Below are positions 45,056 to 53,795 of a DNA stretch of 64,000 bases, piece by piece. The stretch is taken from the IMG/VR virus record IMGVR_UViG_3300015371_000021, positions 8,190 to 72,189 of that record, one strand, 5' to 3'. Source of the stretch: a virus. The notes beneath the pieces were generated by a model, which worked only from the letters and a program-made list of their open reading frames with translations, had not been told where the DNA came from and searched no databases. Position numbers and translations under genes: made by a program. Each line of letters begins with the position of its first letter. Position 1 is the stretch's first letter.

Positions 45056-45706
45056 TTAGCGGTTAGTGATGCCGGCCTGGACCACCTGCGCGGTGAGCGT
45101 GCCGGTGCCGGCGGTAATCGTAAGACGCACGCCGGTGATGGGGTTGGTAAGCGCCGTGACACCGGCGGCGCTCCCCGAGGCGATCGGTGTCGCCACGTTG
45201 ATCGTCGAGGTGACGTTCAGCGTCGGGCCGGACGGCGCTGACCAGAAGTCGTCGCAGGTGCTCTCGCCCTGATAGGTCACAGACCCACTCAACTGGGTCG
45301 AGACATTAACTGCGAACGGCGTCAGGTTGGTGTTGCACCGCCCCCACCGGGTCGAGCCGGTGGTGGTAGTGCCGATGCTGATCGTCGTGGCGATCGCCCC
45401 GTCCACCCCGACCCTGGTGACCGTTTTGTAGTCCAGCACCGAGTTGGCGGTGCCGGCGCTGGTCAGCTGCACAGTCTCGGAGATGATCGCCCCGTCGTCG
45501 TTGGTGCCGACCACCGTCGCGCGGCGCGCGCTGTCATTGCCGCCCGACGTAAGCGCCAGCCGGCGCTGGGTGGTAAACGTCGCCACCCCGCCAGAGACTG
45601 ACCCGCCATTCAGGGTCAGATTGCCGGCCGCCGCGAGCGCCCCAGCGTTAACGACCGCGGTTGCGGACGCCGCGGTCATCACCTTGGTCAGGTTAACCGG
45701 GATCAT
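45056..45706 (-). CDS. Virion structural protein
   Basis: T/G-rich beta protein downstream of the capsid gene. Confidence 0.75.
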   Translation of the reverse strand: MIPVNLTKVMTAASATAVVNAGALAAAGNLTLNGGSVSGGVATFTTQRRLALTSGGNDSARRATVVGTNDDGAIISETVQLTSAGTANSVLDYKTVTRVGVDGAIATTISIGTTTTGSTRWGRCNTNLTPFAVNVSTQLSGSVTYQGESTCDDFWSAPSGPTLNVTSTINVATPIASGSAAGVTALTNPITGVRLTITAGTGTLTAQVVQAGITNR

Positions 45707-46161
45707 GAGACCCCGAGTGTGGTCTGCACCGTCTGCAGGTAGACGACAGTCACGATAGTCGTGCCCGCCGAAGTCGCGCCCGACGGTGTCGCGGTGATGT
45801 AGAGCGTTGCGGTCGGCGTCGTGGTGCCGACGTTAGACATCGCGTTCAGCTGTGCCGCCGTCCAGGCCGGACGTTGTCGCGCCGTCGCGCTCTTCAGATC
45901 GACCGATCCCCCATACTGCGTGCCGGCAGCTGCGGTACCGATACTCAGCGTGGCCGAGGTGCCGCTGTTCCACGCGACAGTGCTATCGGAGATGATGTCG
46001 ATGATCGCCGATCCGCCAGGCACCACGATCGTATTGGTGACCGCCGTGGTGCTGTTCTGAACGAGCGTGGTTTGCTGCGCGAGAACGACACCGCCGAAGT
46101 CGGTGCCGATCTTACTGCCGACCTGTAGAGGACCGTTGAATGAAGTGCCAGGGCCGGGCAT
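45703..46161 (-). CDS. Capsid decoration-like protein
   Basis: TSFNGPL...P.GSAIIDI...ATLSIG...AGT..VTV.Y; directly after the capsid gene. Confidence 0.7.
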   Translation of the reverse strand: MPGPGTSFNGPLQVGSKIGTDFGGVVLAQQTTLVQNSTTAVTNTIVVPGGSAIIDIISDSTVAWNSGTSATLSIGTAAAGTQYGGSVDLKSATARQRPAWTAAQLNAMSNVGTTTPTATLYITATPSGATSAGTTIVTVVYLQTVQTTLGVS

Positions 46162-46172
46162 CTAGGTTCTCC

Positions 46173-47081
46173 CTACGAAGTCGGAGTGCTGCCGAACACC
46201 GCACGTGGATTGGTGTAGGCAGTTCCATACCTCTCGTAGCCGACGCACAGCAGGTTGCCGGTCGTCGCATCCACCTGAATGTCCATTTCGTATGGCACGC
46301 GATCGAATACCCGCAGCCCCTTCACGTTGGTCATCACGAACCAAGCGAACTGGCTAGTCAGGAACTCGCTCACCACATAGCTCTCAGGCACCGCGCCCGA
46401 GGTGATGATCGCGCTCACATCGTTGTTCGCAGTGTTGGTGCGCAGTTCGGTTTTGAACAGACGCTCCGCAGCCCATGACAGGCCCACAGGCACCACGATC
46501 TTGCGCGCGCGCACCATAGCGAGCAGCCCAGCTTGGTCGGGCCACAAGCGAATAGTGTTCAGCGCACTTTCGACGCTCGCTTCGTTGAAGCCAAGCTGCG
46601 TGGTGAACGTGTTGGCATAGGTGCCGTTGTCGATCGGATGCGCCGTCGACAGCAACGCCACGCCATCCGCAACGATGCTGGAGTTGTATGTGGTCGCAGT
46701 GTTCAAGAGGTTGTGGACGTAGACCTCTTTGAACTGGCTGAAGGCTTCAGCCAAGCCCATGCTCGTCGGGCCGAACTGCTCTTTGTAGAGATTGTCATCC
46801 AGCAGTTCACGGGTCATCGCGAAGCCGAGACCCACGTTGATCATGTTGGCGACGTAGGTAAAGCGCTGGCCGGACGCGTTGTCGAAGGTGGTTGCCGCAC
46901 CTTCGCCCTTCAGCTGCGGCAGGCCGATGTAGCGCATCTCGTCGATACGCTCCATTGCCATCTTCGACGTACTGACCGCCGCCCATTCCTTATAGCGCGT
47001 GGGCAGTTGTGGATACTTGCCCTCGATGTCCGCCAGACCAGGAAGTAGACCGTCGCGGAAACTTGCTCTGTTGATCGGCAT
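46173..47081 (-). CDS. Major capsid protein
   Basis: LLPGL...KGEGA...LGFAMTRELLDDNLY...DGVALLSTAHP...ERYG...NPRAVFGS; HK97-type phage MCP pattern. Confidence 0.9.
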   Translation of the reverse strand: MPINRASFRDGLLPGLADIEGKYPQLPTRYKEWAAVSTSKMAMERIDEMRYIGLPQLKGEGAATTFDNASGQRFTYVANMINVGLGFAMTRELLDDNLYKEQFGPTSMGLAEAFSQFKEVYVHNLLNTATTYNSSIVADGVALLSTAHPIDNGTYANTFTTQLGFNEASVESALNTIRLWPDQAGLLAMVRARKIVVPVGLSWAAERLFKTELRTNTANNDVSAIITSGAVPESYVVSEFLTSQFAWFVMTNVKGLRVFDRVPYEMDIQVDATTGNLLCVGYERYGTAYTNPRAVFGSTPTS

Positions 47082-47096
47082 TGCCCCCGCTCCCCG

Positions 47097-47732
47097 TTAT
47101 GCCTGACCGACGCGAGTGCGCAGGTCGTGCGTGTTCATCACCACCGCGAGCCACTGGTTGTCGTTGGTCGCGACGTAACCAGGCGCGATGCAGGGGGCGT
47201 TGGCCGAGAATCCAGGGGTCAGACCGACGATGCCGACCAGACGGAACGGCAGCGTCGACGTGGTTGAGCCGCTGGCGGCATCGAGCGCGCAGACACTGAG
47301 CCCAGAGCCGGTGACGGGCGCGCCGGAGGTGCCGGTGTAGATATCGAAGTTCTTGCCGATCGAGGAAACGGTCAGCGCAGTGCCACGTCCTTGGACGTAG
47401 AACACCGCCTGCGGGTCGGCGATCACCTTGACCTCGACGATCGTGGCGGAGTTTAGCCCCGACGGTTGCAGCCACGCCGGCCGGTAGCGGCCCGACATAA
47501 TGTTATTCGGGTCGAAATATTCGACGCCGAGAGCAATGCCATCGATCGAGGTGCCGCCGTTGGCGACGGTTTTCACGTAGCCGTCGGTCGACAGGTACAC
47601 CGGATCGCCGAAAGCGACGTTGGAGGCGTAGTTGTAGGTGAGTTGCCGGTATTCCAGCGCGTAGTTCGGAGGACTGGACCCCCACTGACGCGTATGATGG
47701 AACCCGCTGGGTGCTAGGGTGTTAGCGGCCAC
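47097..47732 (-). CDS. Capsid-associated (minor head) protein
   Basis: ANTLAPSGF...FGDPV...DPQAVFYVQ; usual gene upstream of MCP in this phage type; AAGGAG RBS. Confidence 0.75.
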   Translation of the reverse strand: MAANTLAPSGFHHTRQWGSSPPNYALEYRQLTYNYASNVAFGDPVYLSTDGYVKTVANGGTSIDGIALGVEYFDPNNIMSGRYRPAWLQPSGLNSATIVEVKVIADPQAVFYVQGRGTALTVSSIGKNFDIYTGTSGAPVTGSGLSVCALDAASGSTTSTLPFRLVGIVGLTPGFSANAPCIAPGYVATNDNQWLAVVMNTHDLRTRVGQA

Positions 47733-47938
47733 GGGCGCGCCACTCCTTGCTTCGCAGCACCCCGGCCGGAGCACAGTTCTCCCGGCCGGGGACGCACGGT
47801 TTCAGGGATGGCTGGGACGCCCAGCTGCAGACCGACGACGGGCCGGCCTGGTCTCCTTGCCTGCGCTCTACGTCAGGACGTCCAACGGAGCGCGCGACAA
47901 CGGCCCGGACGTTAGGCGCGAGTAATGGCCCGCGTCAA
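47733..47938 (-). promoter_or_regulatory. Capsid-operon promoter and structured leader
   Basis: Minus strand TTGACG (47938-47933), 18 bp, TAACGT; hairpins at 47811-47825 and 47760-47791. Confidence 0.55.
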
Positions 47939-48195
47939 TGTGCAGAAGCGCACAGCTGGGGCACGGCTCGATGCTTCGAGAAATCTACAAATCTGGAGCC
48001 GCGGGAAATATGTCAGGGTAAATTAGCCGTCGTTCACCAGAAGTTCGGCTTTTCCCGGGCAGCGGCTCCTGATAATGAAGCCATGCTGCCCGGCCGGTTC
48101 CTACCGGGTAGTGATAGCGAAACTTGGCCGGCGCTGACGTCGTGTGAAGCGAAGCCCCGAACGCCTTAGCGCCGGCCGCCCTTTTATGCCCATGT

Positions 48196-48945
48196 TTGCT
48201 ACAAGACAAACGATACCTGCACGCGATAGAAGCGCGCATGTCAGATGACCTCATTCCGCTAACCGATCAGGGCCGCAACAACGCCGAGCTGGGCGAAACC
48301 GTGCGGCGCCTATCCGAACAGGCGACCTGGAAGGACAGCCGTACTGTCATTGTCAGCCCCTGCGGCACGTCCGTGCCAATGCGGACGGTAGCCGCCTGGA
48401 CCTCGTTGCAGAGACCGCCCAACTCGGCCTGCGCGCGGCTGTTCACCCAGAATCTGGAGGTCGGCCAAGCTTACACCCAGATGGTCGAGGACATCCTGGG
48501 CAGTCCAACGCTACGTGATCTGCCGTTCATGTGCACCGCCGAGCACGACAACCTGCCACCGCCGCGCGGGCTAATCGATCTGATCGGCCAGCTGCACAAC
48601 CACCCAGAGTTATCCGCAGTCTCCGGACTATACTTTCTCAAGAGCAGGGATGGATTTGCGCACATCTACGGCGAGCCAGGCCAGGACCATCTCCGCCCAA
48701 TGCTGCCAGACCCGAACGGCGGACTGGTCGAATGCCGCGCCATTGCCATGGGGTTTGCCGTTTTCCGGCTCGATATGTTCCGTGACGACCGGCTACGGCG
48801 CCCATGGTTTCTCAGCGGACAGCACCCAGTCGGCACCCAAGACCTATATTTCTGGGACGACGCAGCAAGGTTCGGCTACCGCTGCGCGGTCGACTGCAGT
48901 GTCCGGGTTGGGCACTTAGATGTGGACAGCGGGATAGTTTGGTAA
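48196..48945 (+). CDS. GT-A fold (GT2-like) glycosyltransferase
   Basis: EHD at the DxD position, VSGLYF, MGFAVFR..MF, PWF, QDLYF, VD.SVRVGH. Confidence 0.75.
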   Translation: MLQDKRYLHAIEARMSDDLIPLTDQGRNNAELGETVRRLSEQATWKDSRTVIVSPCGTSVPMRTVAAWTSLQRPPNSACARLFTQNLEVGQAYTQMVEDILGSPTLRDLPFMCTAEHDNLPPPRGLIDLIGQLHNHPELSAVSGLYFLKSRDGFAHIYGEPGQDHLRPMLPDPNGGLVECRAIAMGFAVFRLDMFRDDRLRRPWFLSGQHPVGTQDLYFWDDAARFGYRCAVDCSVRVGHLDVDSGIVW

Positions 48946-48961
48946 TGATGATCCGCGTAAC

Positions 48962-50332
48962 ATGATCAGCGTTCTGCACGGTGACTGCCGCGATCTGCTG
49001 CCGACGATGGAGGCGGACACCTTCGACGCTATCGTAACTGATCCGCCCTACCATCTAAACAGCATTGTTAAGCGGTTTGGCAGTACCACTAGCGAAACGC
49101 CTGGAAAGGTAGTTGAACGAATTAACGCCCGAGCAGACGGCTATGCCCGTGTTGCTCGTGGCTTCATGGGTAAACAATGGGACGGTGGCGACGTAGCCTT
49201 CCGTCCCGAGACATGGGCCGAGGTGTTTCGTGTTCTTAAGCCCGGCGGCTATCTCGTAGCATGCGGTGGCACACGCACGTATCACCGCATGGTCTGCGCA
49301 ATTGAGGACGCCGGTTTCATAATCCACCCAATGCTGGTCTGGGCCTTTGGGCAGGGATTCCCGAAAGCTACGAATTTGTCAAAAATGTTCGACCGAGTGG
49401 CTGGTGCTGAGCGGGAAGTTGTTGGGCAGCGTGATCGCTACCTAGACGGCAAAGTTCGGAAGAACTTGGGGCCAGCCAATAATTGGCATGGTGGTGCGAC
49501 ATTCAGCACGAATGGTGTTGCCGATATAACCGCCCCAGCCACGCCAGAGGCCCAGCAATGGGACGGCTGGTTCTACGGGGGTCAGGCGCTTAAGCCGAGC
49601 TTGGAGCCAATTTGCGTAGCACAGCGTCGGCCTGAGGGCCGTATGGTTGATAATGTGCGGAAGTATGGTACTGGGGCGATCAACATTGCGGCGTGTCGGG
49701 TTGCTGCGCCCGATGCCCCAGAGGAAGCACGAATCAGCCATGGCGCCGGTAGTCGCTATGTTGGTGTGCTGAACGGCGGCGCTGTCAGCGAAGCCGAGCC
49801 GCGCACAACCACCGCAAGCCAAGCCGGCCGTTGGCCGCCTAATTTATTGCACGACGGCAGCAAGGAACTGGAAGCGGCGTTCGCGGCGTTTGGGGAGAGG
49901 CCCGGCGCTGTTAGCAACGGGCGCAAAACTGGCGGCGACGAATATTTCAGCGGCAAAGGTCCGCAGCCGCAGACTCCCGGACGTGCCGACTCCGGTAGCG
50001 CATCCCGATTCTTCCAACGCTGCGAGTTCACGCCCGACGAATTGCGTATGTTCTACTCGCCTAAGGCTGGTGGCGCAGATCGTGCCGACAGCAAGCACCC
50101 CACAATCAAGCCTGTGTCGCTACTGCGCTGGTTGGTGCGGCTGATCACGCCGCCCGGCGGCCACATACTAGATCCATTCGCCGGCAGCGGCACGACCGCC
50201 GAGGCAGCCATGCTCGAAGGTTTCGGCTGCACGCTGATCGAGCGTGAGGCTGAGCATGTCGCTGACATTCAGCATCGCATAAAGCGCTGGCGTGGCGATG
50301 ACATGCCGCTATTCACTGCCGAAGGCTTATGA
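48962..50332 (+). CDS. N6-adenine/N4-cytosine DNA methyltransferase (beta class)
   Basis: TDPPY, RVLKPGG, HPTIKP, LDPFAGSGTT. Confidence 0.95.
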   Translation: MISVLHGDCRDLLPTMEADTFDAIVTDPPYHLNSIVKRFGSTTSETPGKVVERINARADGYARVARGFMGKQWDGGDVAFRPETWAEVFRVLKPGGYLVACGGTRTYHRMVCAIEDAGFIIHPMLVWAFGQGFPKATNLSKMFDRVAGAEREVVGQRDRYLDGKVRKNLGPANNWHGGATFSTNGVADITAPATPEAQQWDGWFYGGQALKPSLEPICVAQRRPEGRMVDNVRKYGTGAINIAACRVAAPDAPEEARISHGAGSRYVGVLNGGAVSEAEPRTTTASQAGRWPPNLLHDGSKELEAAFAAFGERPGAVSNGRKTGGDEYFSGKGPQPQTPGRADSGSASRFFQRCEFTPDELRMFYSPKAGGADRADSKHPTIKPVSLLRWLVRLITPPGGHILDPFAGSGTTAEAAMLEGFGCTLIEREAEHVADIQHRIKRWRGDDMPLFTAEGL

Positions 50333-50488
50333 TTATATACGCGTGTCATGGCTTGACTAATGCCACACTTTCGCTGTATACACAATCGCCATGATAGATG
50401 ATGACCTGACCGTCACCGAGCGGCTAACCGCGCGCATGACTGAGTTCGCTGCACTGTTCCGCCGCAAGCCAGAGATCGATGAGCAATC

Positions 50489-50749
50489 CTATGTGGCGGC
50501 GTCGGGTTCCTCGGGGGGTGCGTCGCCAGCAGCCGCCTGTAGCGCCTTAAGGATACGATGCAACTGGCGACACACTTCGTCCTGCTCCAATAGACTACGC
50601 CGGCCCGGCTGCTCCAGCCGATCAATCTCAGCGACGATCTGGTCGCGTAGCGCCTGACTGCCCCGCATGGCCGCGATCGCCCGCTCGCGCCGGTTGGCCA
50701 CCCAATCCGCTATCAGCGCGTTAAGGCCAGGACTGCTACTGCCGGTCAT
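50489..50749 (-). CDS. Hypothetical protein
   Basis: Helical 86-aa ORF in the late operon. Confidence 0.55.
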   Translation of the reverse strand: MTGSSSPGLNALIADWVANRRERAIAAMRGSQALRDQIVAEIDRLEQPGRRSLLEQDEVCRQLHRILKALQAAAGDAPPEEPDAAT

Positions 50750-50757
50750 TCAACCCA

Positions 50758-51243
50758 TCATCCTTCGACCACATCGTCATTGGCCGCCACGGTGACCGGA
50801 CTACGCTCGCGCCTGACACCACCACGGCGCCCGCCAAGATGCCGGGCCTCCAGGCCGAGCCGCGCGATCTGGCTCTCTAGCGGGTCCATCGCAGCGTGCC
50901 GGTCCAACGCCAACATCTGCTGATACCATTCAGTGGGTATTTGCATGAGCATCTGATCGCCACGGATGATCGGCGCGCTCGCTTCCTCTTTGGCGCGGCG
51001 CTGACCTACCAATTCAGGATGACGACCGGACGGCACCGGCTCCCAGCCGTTCAGTTCGGCCTGCACGATGGCCTCCGTCCACTCCATGCCGGCAACCTTC
51101 AGCACCTTCCACTCATAAGTATAGCCCGGCGGCTTTTTGCTCTCGTCGAGATCAAAGCGGCTAAGCGCATTGAATATCTTCTGTCGCTGGGGTAGCCGCT
51201 GCTCCTGCCGCTGCTGACCCAAGCGAACGTTGTTATCTGCCAT
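50758..51243 (-). CDS. Conserved head-module protein
   Basis: PPGYTYEW...GWEPV...HPEL...I.RG..MLM.IP.E. Confidence 0.75.
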   Translation of the reverse strand: MADNNVRLGQQRQEQRLPQRQKIFNALSRFDLDESKKPPGYTYEWKVLKVAGMEWTEAIVQAELNGWEPVPSGRHPELVGQRRAKEEASAPIIRGDQMLMQIPTEWYQQMLALDRHAAMDPLESQIARLGLEARHLGGRRGGVRRERSPVTVAANDDVVEG

Positions 51244-52136
51244 TATATCCTCCCCGCTGCGCGCATCGCTTCTTTGTTCTTGAAGTAGTGCTCATAGCGC
51301 TCGGCCGGGTTTTGGATGTAGTTGATCGCCGTATTGGGATCACCGTACATCGCATCAGCGATCTCGCGCTCTGTGGCCGTCAGTTCGACCCGCCCCCTCC
51401 CGGCCGGCGCGGCTCCTGGTGCTGAGCGTCGCGTCGGCGCCAGGTCGGCAGACGGGCGGCGGGCCGGTGGCTCGTCTGCATCATAACCGTTACCGGATTG
51501 GCTCTGAGACGCCTGACGAGTCTCGCCCATGATCTCCTCGATGCGGCGGAGATATCCTTCTGAGCCACGCTCGTGATCCATGTTTGCTATCGAGGAGGCG
51601 CGAATGACGCGCTCGCGATAACTCGGGTCAGTACGAAACCGTGGCCGGCTCGCGACCCACTCGCGTTCGCTCGGCAGCAGCTGCGCGTCGATATCATCCG
51701 ATGGACGCTGCTGCGGTGCAGCAAATTGCGGCTTGTTGCTCTCCAGATACGCCTTACGTTGCTGCCACTGCGTCTCTGCTGCGGCAGCACGCGTCAACAT
51801 CACGTGAGCTTCGGCTGCCCTGGCGTGCTCGCCCTGCTCCATGGCGTTTTGATACGCCGCCTTAGCCGCGCCGATCGTGTCAGTCAGCGACGATAGCTGC
51901 GAATTAGCCGCAGCCAACTCAGCGTTGTAGCGCTGCTCCGCCTCACTGACGACGCGGATTTGTGCTTCATCGCGCTCTCGCTCAGCAGATCGAAAACGGC
52001 TCCGGTAGTCGTCGCGTTCGCGTTCCAGGCTGGTGTTGCGGCTGCGTGACTCAGCCAACATACGAGCCAGGTCCTCTTGAGTAACCTGACCGTCATCCAC
52101 TGGCTCAGAGACGTTCTGAGCCGGAAGATCAGACAT
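51243..52136 (-). CDS. Putative capsid scaffolding protein
   Basis: Coiled coil, WV..RP.F motif, C-terminal VELT..EREIA; lies between portal and capsid. Confidence 0.7.
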   Translation of the reverse strand: MSDLPAQNVSEPVDDGQVTQEDLARMLAESRSRNTSLERERDDYRSRFRSAERERDEAQIRVVSEAEQRYNAELAAANSQLSSLTDTIGAAKAAYQNAMEQGEHARAAEAHVMLTRAAAAETQWQQRKAYLESNKPQFAAPQQRPSDDIDAQLLPSEREWVASRPRFRTDPSYRERVIRASSIANMDHERGSEGYLRRIEEIMGETRQASQSQSGNGYDADEPPARRPSADLAPTRRSAPGAAPAGRGRVELTATEREIADAMYGDPNTAINYIQNPAERYEHYFKNKEAMRAAGRI

Positions 52137-52149
52137 TTTTCACTCCCCT

Positions 52150-52164
52150 ACCGGGACGCCCGGT
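52150..52164 (-). promoter_or_regulatory. Hairpin ACCGGG-CGU-CCCGGU next to the scaffold RBS
   Basis: Perfect 6-bp stem directly 5' of AGGGGAG-TGAAAA-ATG. Confidence 0.55.
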
Positions 52165-52168
52165 GCGG

Positions 52169-52606
52169 TTACCAAATCGCGTCAAAGGTTTCGTCGGGCA
52201 CGATTGCCTCGACGTAGATGTCCTGTACGAAGCGCGCACGTCGCCCTCCAGGCAGGTCGAACGGCGATGTGTTGTTGGTCTCAAACATCACCCAGTCGAA
52301 CAGCTTAGGGAGCTTGTCGCCCCAATGGTGATTGTCATCGTCTTGGAACGCCAAAGGCCCCTTGGCCACAAGCAACCCAACGCGGCCTTGCCATTTATCC
52401 TCTCCCAACACGCCCGTCCGCACGTCCGGCACAATGATGCCACCAGCCGTGCGGGCGTCTTCTTTGTCCTTCTGCTTACCGCGCTCGTAGACCACCACCA
52501 GGATGCGAGCACCCATCGGCTGGAAACCATCGAGCAGGTCTTTAACGTCATCCCAGATGACGTCCTTGGGATTGTCCGTGTGTAGAACGCGAATAGGGGT
52601 GGGCAT
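52169..52606 (-). CDS. Phage GroES-like co-chaperonin
   Basis: QPMGARILV...RTAGGIIVPD...VGLLVAKGPLAF. Confidence 0.82.
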   Translation of the reverse strand: MPTPIRVLHTDNPKDVIWDDVKDLLDGFQPMGARILVVVYERGKQKDKEDARTAGGIIVPDVRTGVLGEDKWQGRVGLLVAKGPLAFQDDDNHHWGDKLPKLFDWVMFETNNTSPFDLPGGRRARFVQDIYVEAIVPDETFDAIW

Positions 52607-52800
52607 CAGGCGGCCTCTTGTGGCTGTGGCTTATCGAATTCTGCGATAACCCAATCGAACGCCGTAATGTAACCCCTAAGATAATGCAAAGCCTCCAGGT
52701 TGTTCGCCCGTAACAGCCCGGCATACGCGTCGGCTCTTTGCTGCTCGATCGCCCGTCGCACCTCCCGCAACTCATCAGTGCCGATGATATGCAGCGTCAT
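52606..52800 (-). CDS. Small helical head-module protein
   Basis: YLRGYI motif; coupled on both sides. Confidence 0.65.
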   Translation of the reverse strand: MTLHIIGTDELREVRRAIEQQRADAYAGLLRANNLEALHYLRGYITAFDWVIAEFDKPQPQEAA

Positions 52801-53462
52801 GCGATACGCTTCCGCTTGGGCTTGAAGCCGCCCTCGCCATATTCCTCCATCTTCTCAAGGCGCCCCGGCCCCGAGCCAGCACCGCCCTCCATCTTAACTA
52901 TCCCGCCACCCCGCGCCCGCATCATCCCCGGCGGCGCGGCCCCAGGCGGCAACATCGGCGGCCGTTGCAAAGCCGCGGGCGGGGGGCCAGCCATCGGCCC
53001 GCCCGGAGGCATCGGCCCCCCAGGCGGTAGTCCGGGCGGGCCAGCACCAGGGGGCATCCCACCCATCGGGCTAGCCCCAGGCGGCATACCGCCAGGAGGC
53101 GCCCCAGGCGCCATCGGCGGCCGCGGCGCTCCCATCATCGGTGGCCGAACAGGCATCGGCGGCGCACCGCCTCCACCCTGTGGAGCGACGATCACGTTGA
53201 CCTTGGTATGACGCGGCCCGCGCGACTTGGCCTTGCCGCCGCGGGCGCGACCAACGTGGTGCTTGCCAGACTCACCATCGACCATACCGCCCGAGGCAAG
53301 CTTGGTTTTCGGCTCGCCTTTGTGCAGGTGGCTTTCGTGCTTGTGCACCGCCATCCCGCCGATGGCACCACCACGAGCAAATCCCGCGTTGCCGGTGCGC
53401 GAGATCAGCGAACTCGCCTTACCACGACGGTCGCTGCACTCAGATGCATAGGGATGTGCCAT
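52797..53462 (-). CDS. Basic, Pro/Gly/Met-rich protein with xAxGG motifs
   Basis: FARGG, LASGG, RARGG x2; PPG-rich tract. Confidence 0.75.
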   Translation of the reverse strand: MAHPYASECSDRRGKASSLISRTGNAGFARGGAIGGMAVHKHESHLHKGEPKTKLASGGMVDGESGKHHVGRARGGKAKSRGPRHTKVNVIVAPQGGGGAPPMPVRPPMMGAPRPPMAPGAPPGGMPPGASPMGGMPPGAGPPGLPPGGPMPPGGPMAGPPPAALQRPPMLPPGAAPPGMMRARGGGIVKMEGGAGSGPGRLEKMEEYGEGGFKPKRKRIA

Positions 53463-53638
53463 TACAACAAATCCTTCTCGACGTTGTTCTTCGTCTCACG
53501 CGGCGCGGGGGGCTCTTTGACTGGCATCTTCGGCGCGTGGTCCTTCACGTCGCTGACCTTTCCGTAGCCCGTCCGTCGCACCACTGCCTCCGCCTCAGAT
53601 TGGCGCTTAGCGTGGCTATCGAGATATGGATGGGTCAT
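53462..53638 (-). CDS. Small hypothetical protein
   Basis: MTHPY...; N-terminus resembles the next gene (MAHPY...SRTG vs MTHPY...RRTG). Confidence 0.55.
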   Translation of the reverse strand: MTHPYLDSHAKRQSEAEAVVRRTGYGKVSDVKDHAPKMPVKEPPAPRETKNNVEKDLL

Positions 53639-53793
53639 TGGAGTTGCTGCCTCATCGCTGCATTCTGTTCGGTAAGCTGTTGCGCCGTGGCTTTCTCGGG
53701 CAACTGAGGCGGCAGGGACAGGCCACGTCCCGTCATCTGCATGCGCAGAAAGTAGTTCTCTTTCTGCAGCCGCCGCTCCTCGGTCTCTGACAT
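53635..53793 (-). CDS. Small hypothetical protein (52 aa)
   Basis: Hand-translated MSETEERRLQKENYFLRMQ...; ATGA-coupled. Confidence 0.5.
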   Translation of the reverse strand: MSETEERRLQKENYFLRMQMTGRGLSLPPQLPEKATAQQLTEQNAAMRQQLQ

Positions 53794-53795
53794 CG

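Noticed and set aside
50391-50657. Plus-strand ORF after a TTGACT-N18-TATACA element
   Set aside because: It overlaps the minus-strand gene 50489-50749 and has no recognisable features; too weak to call.
52900-53190. PPG-rich tract as collagen
   Set aside because: No sustained Gly-X-Y register; it is low-complexity Pro/Gly/Met sequence.
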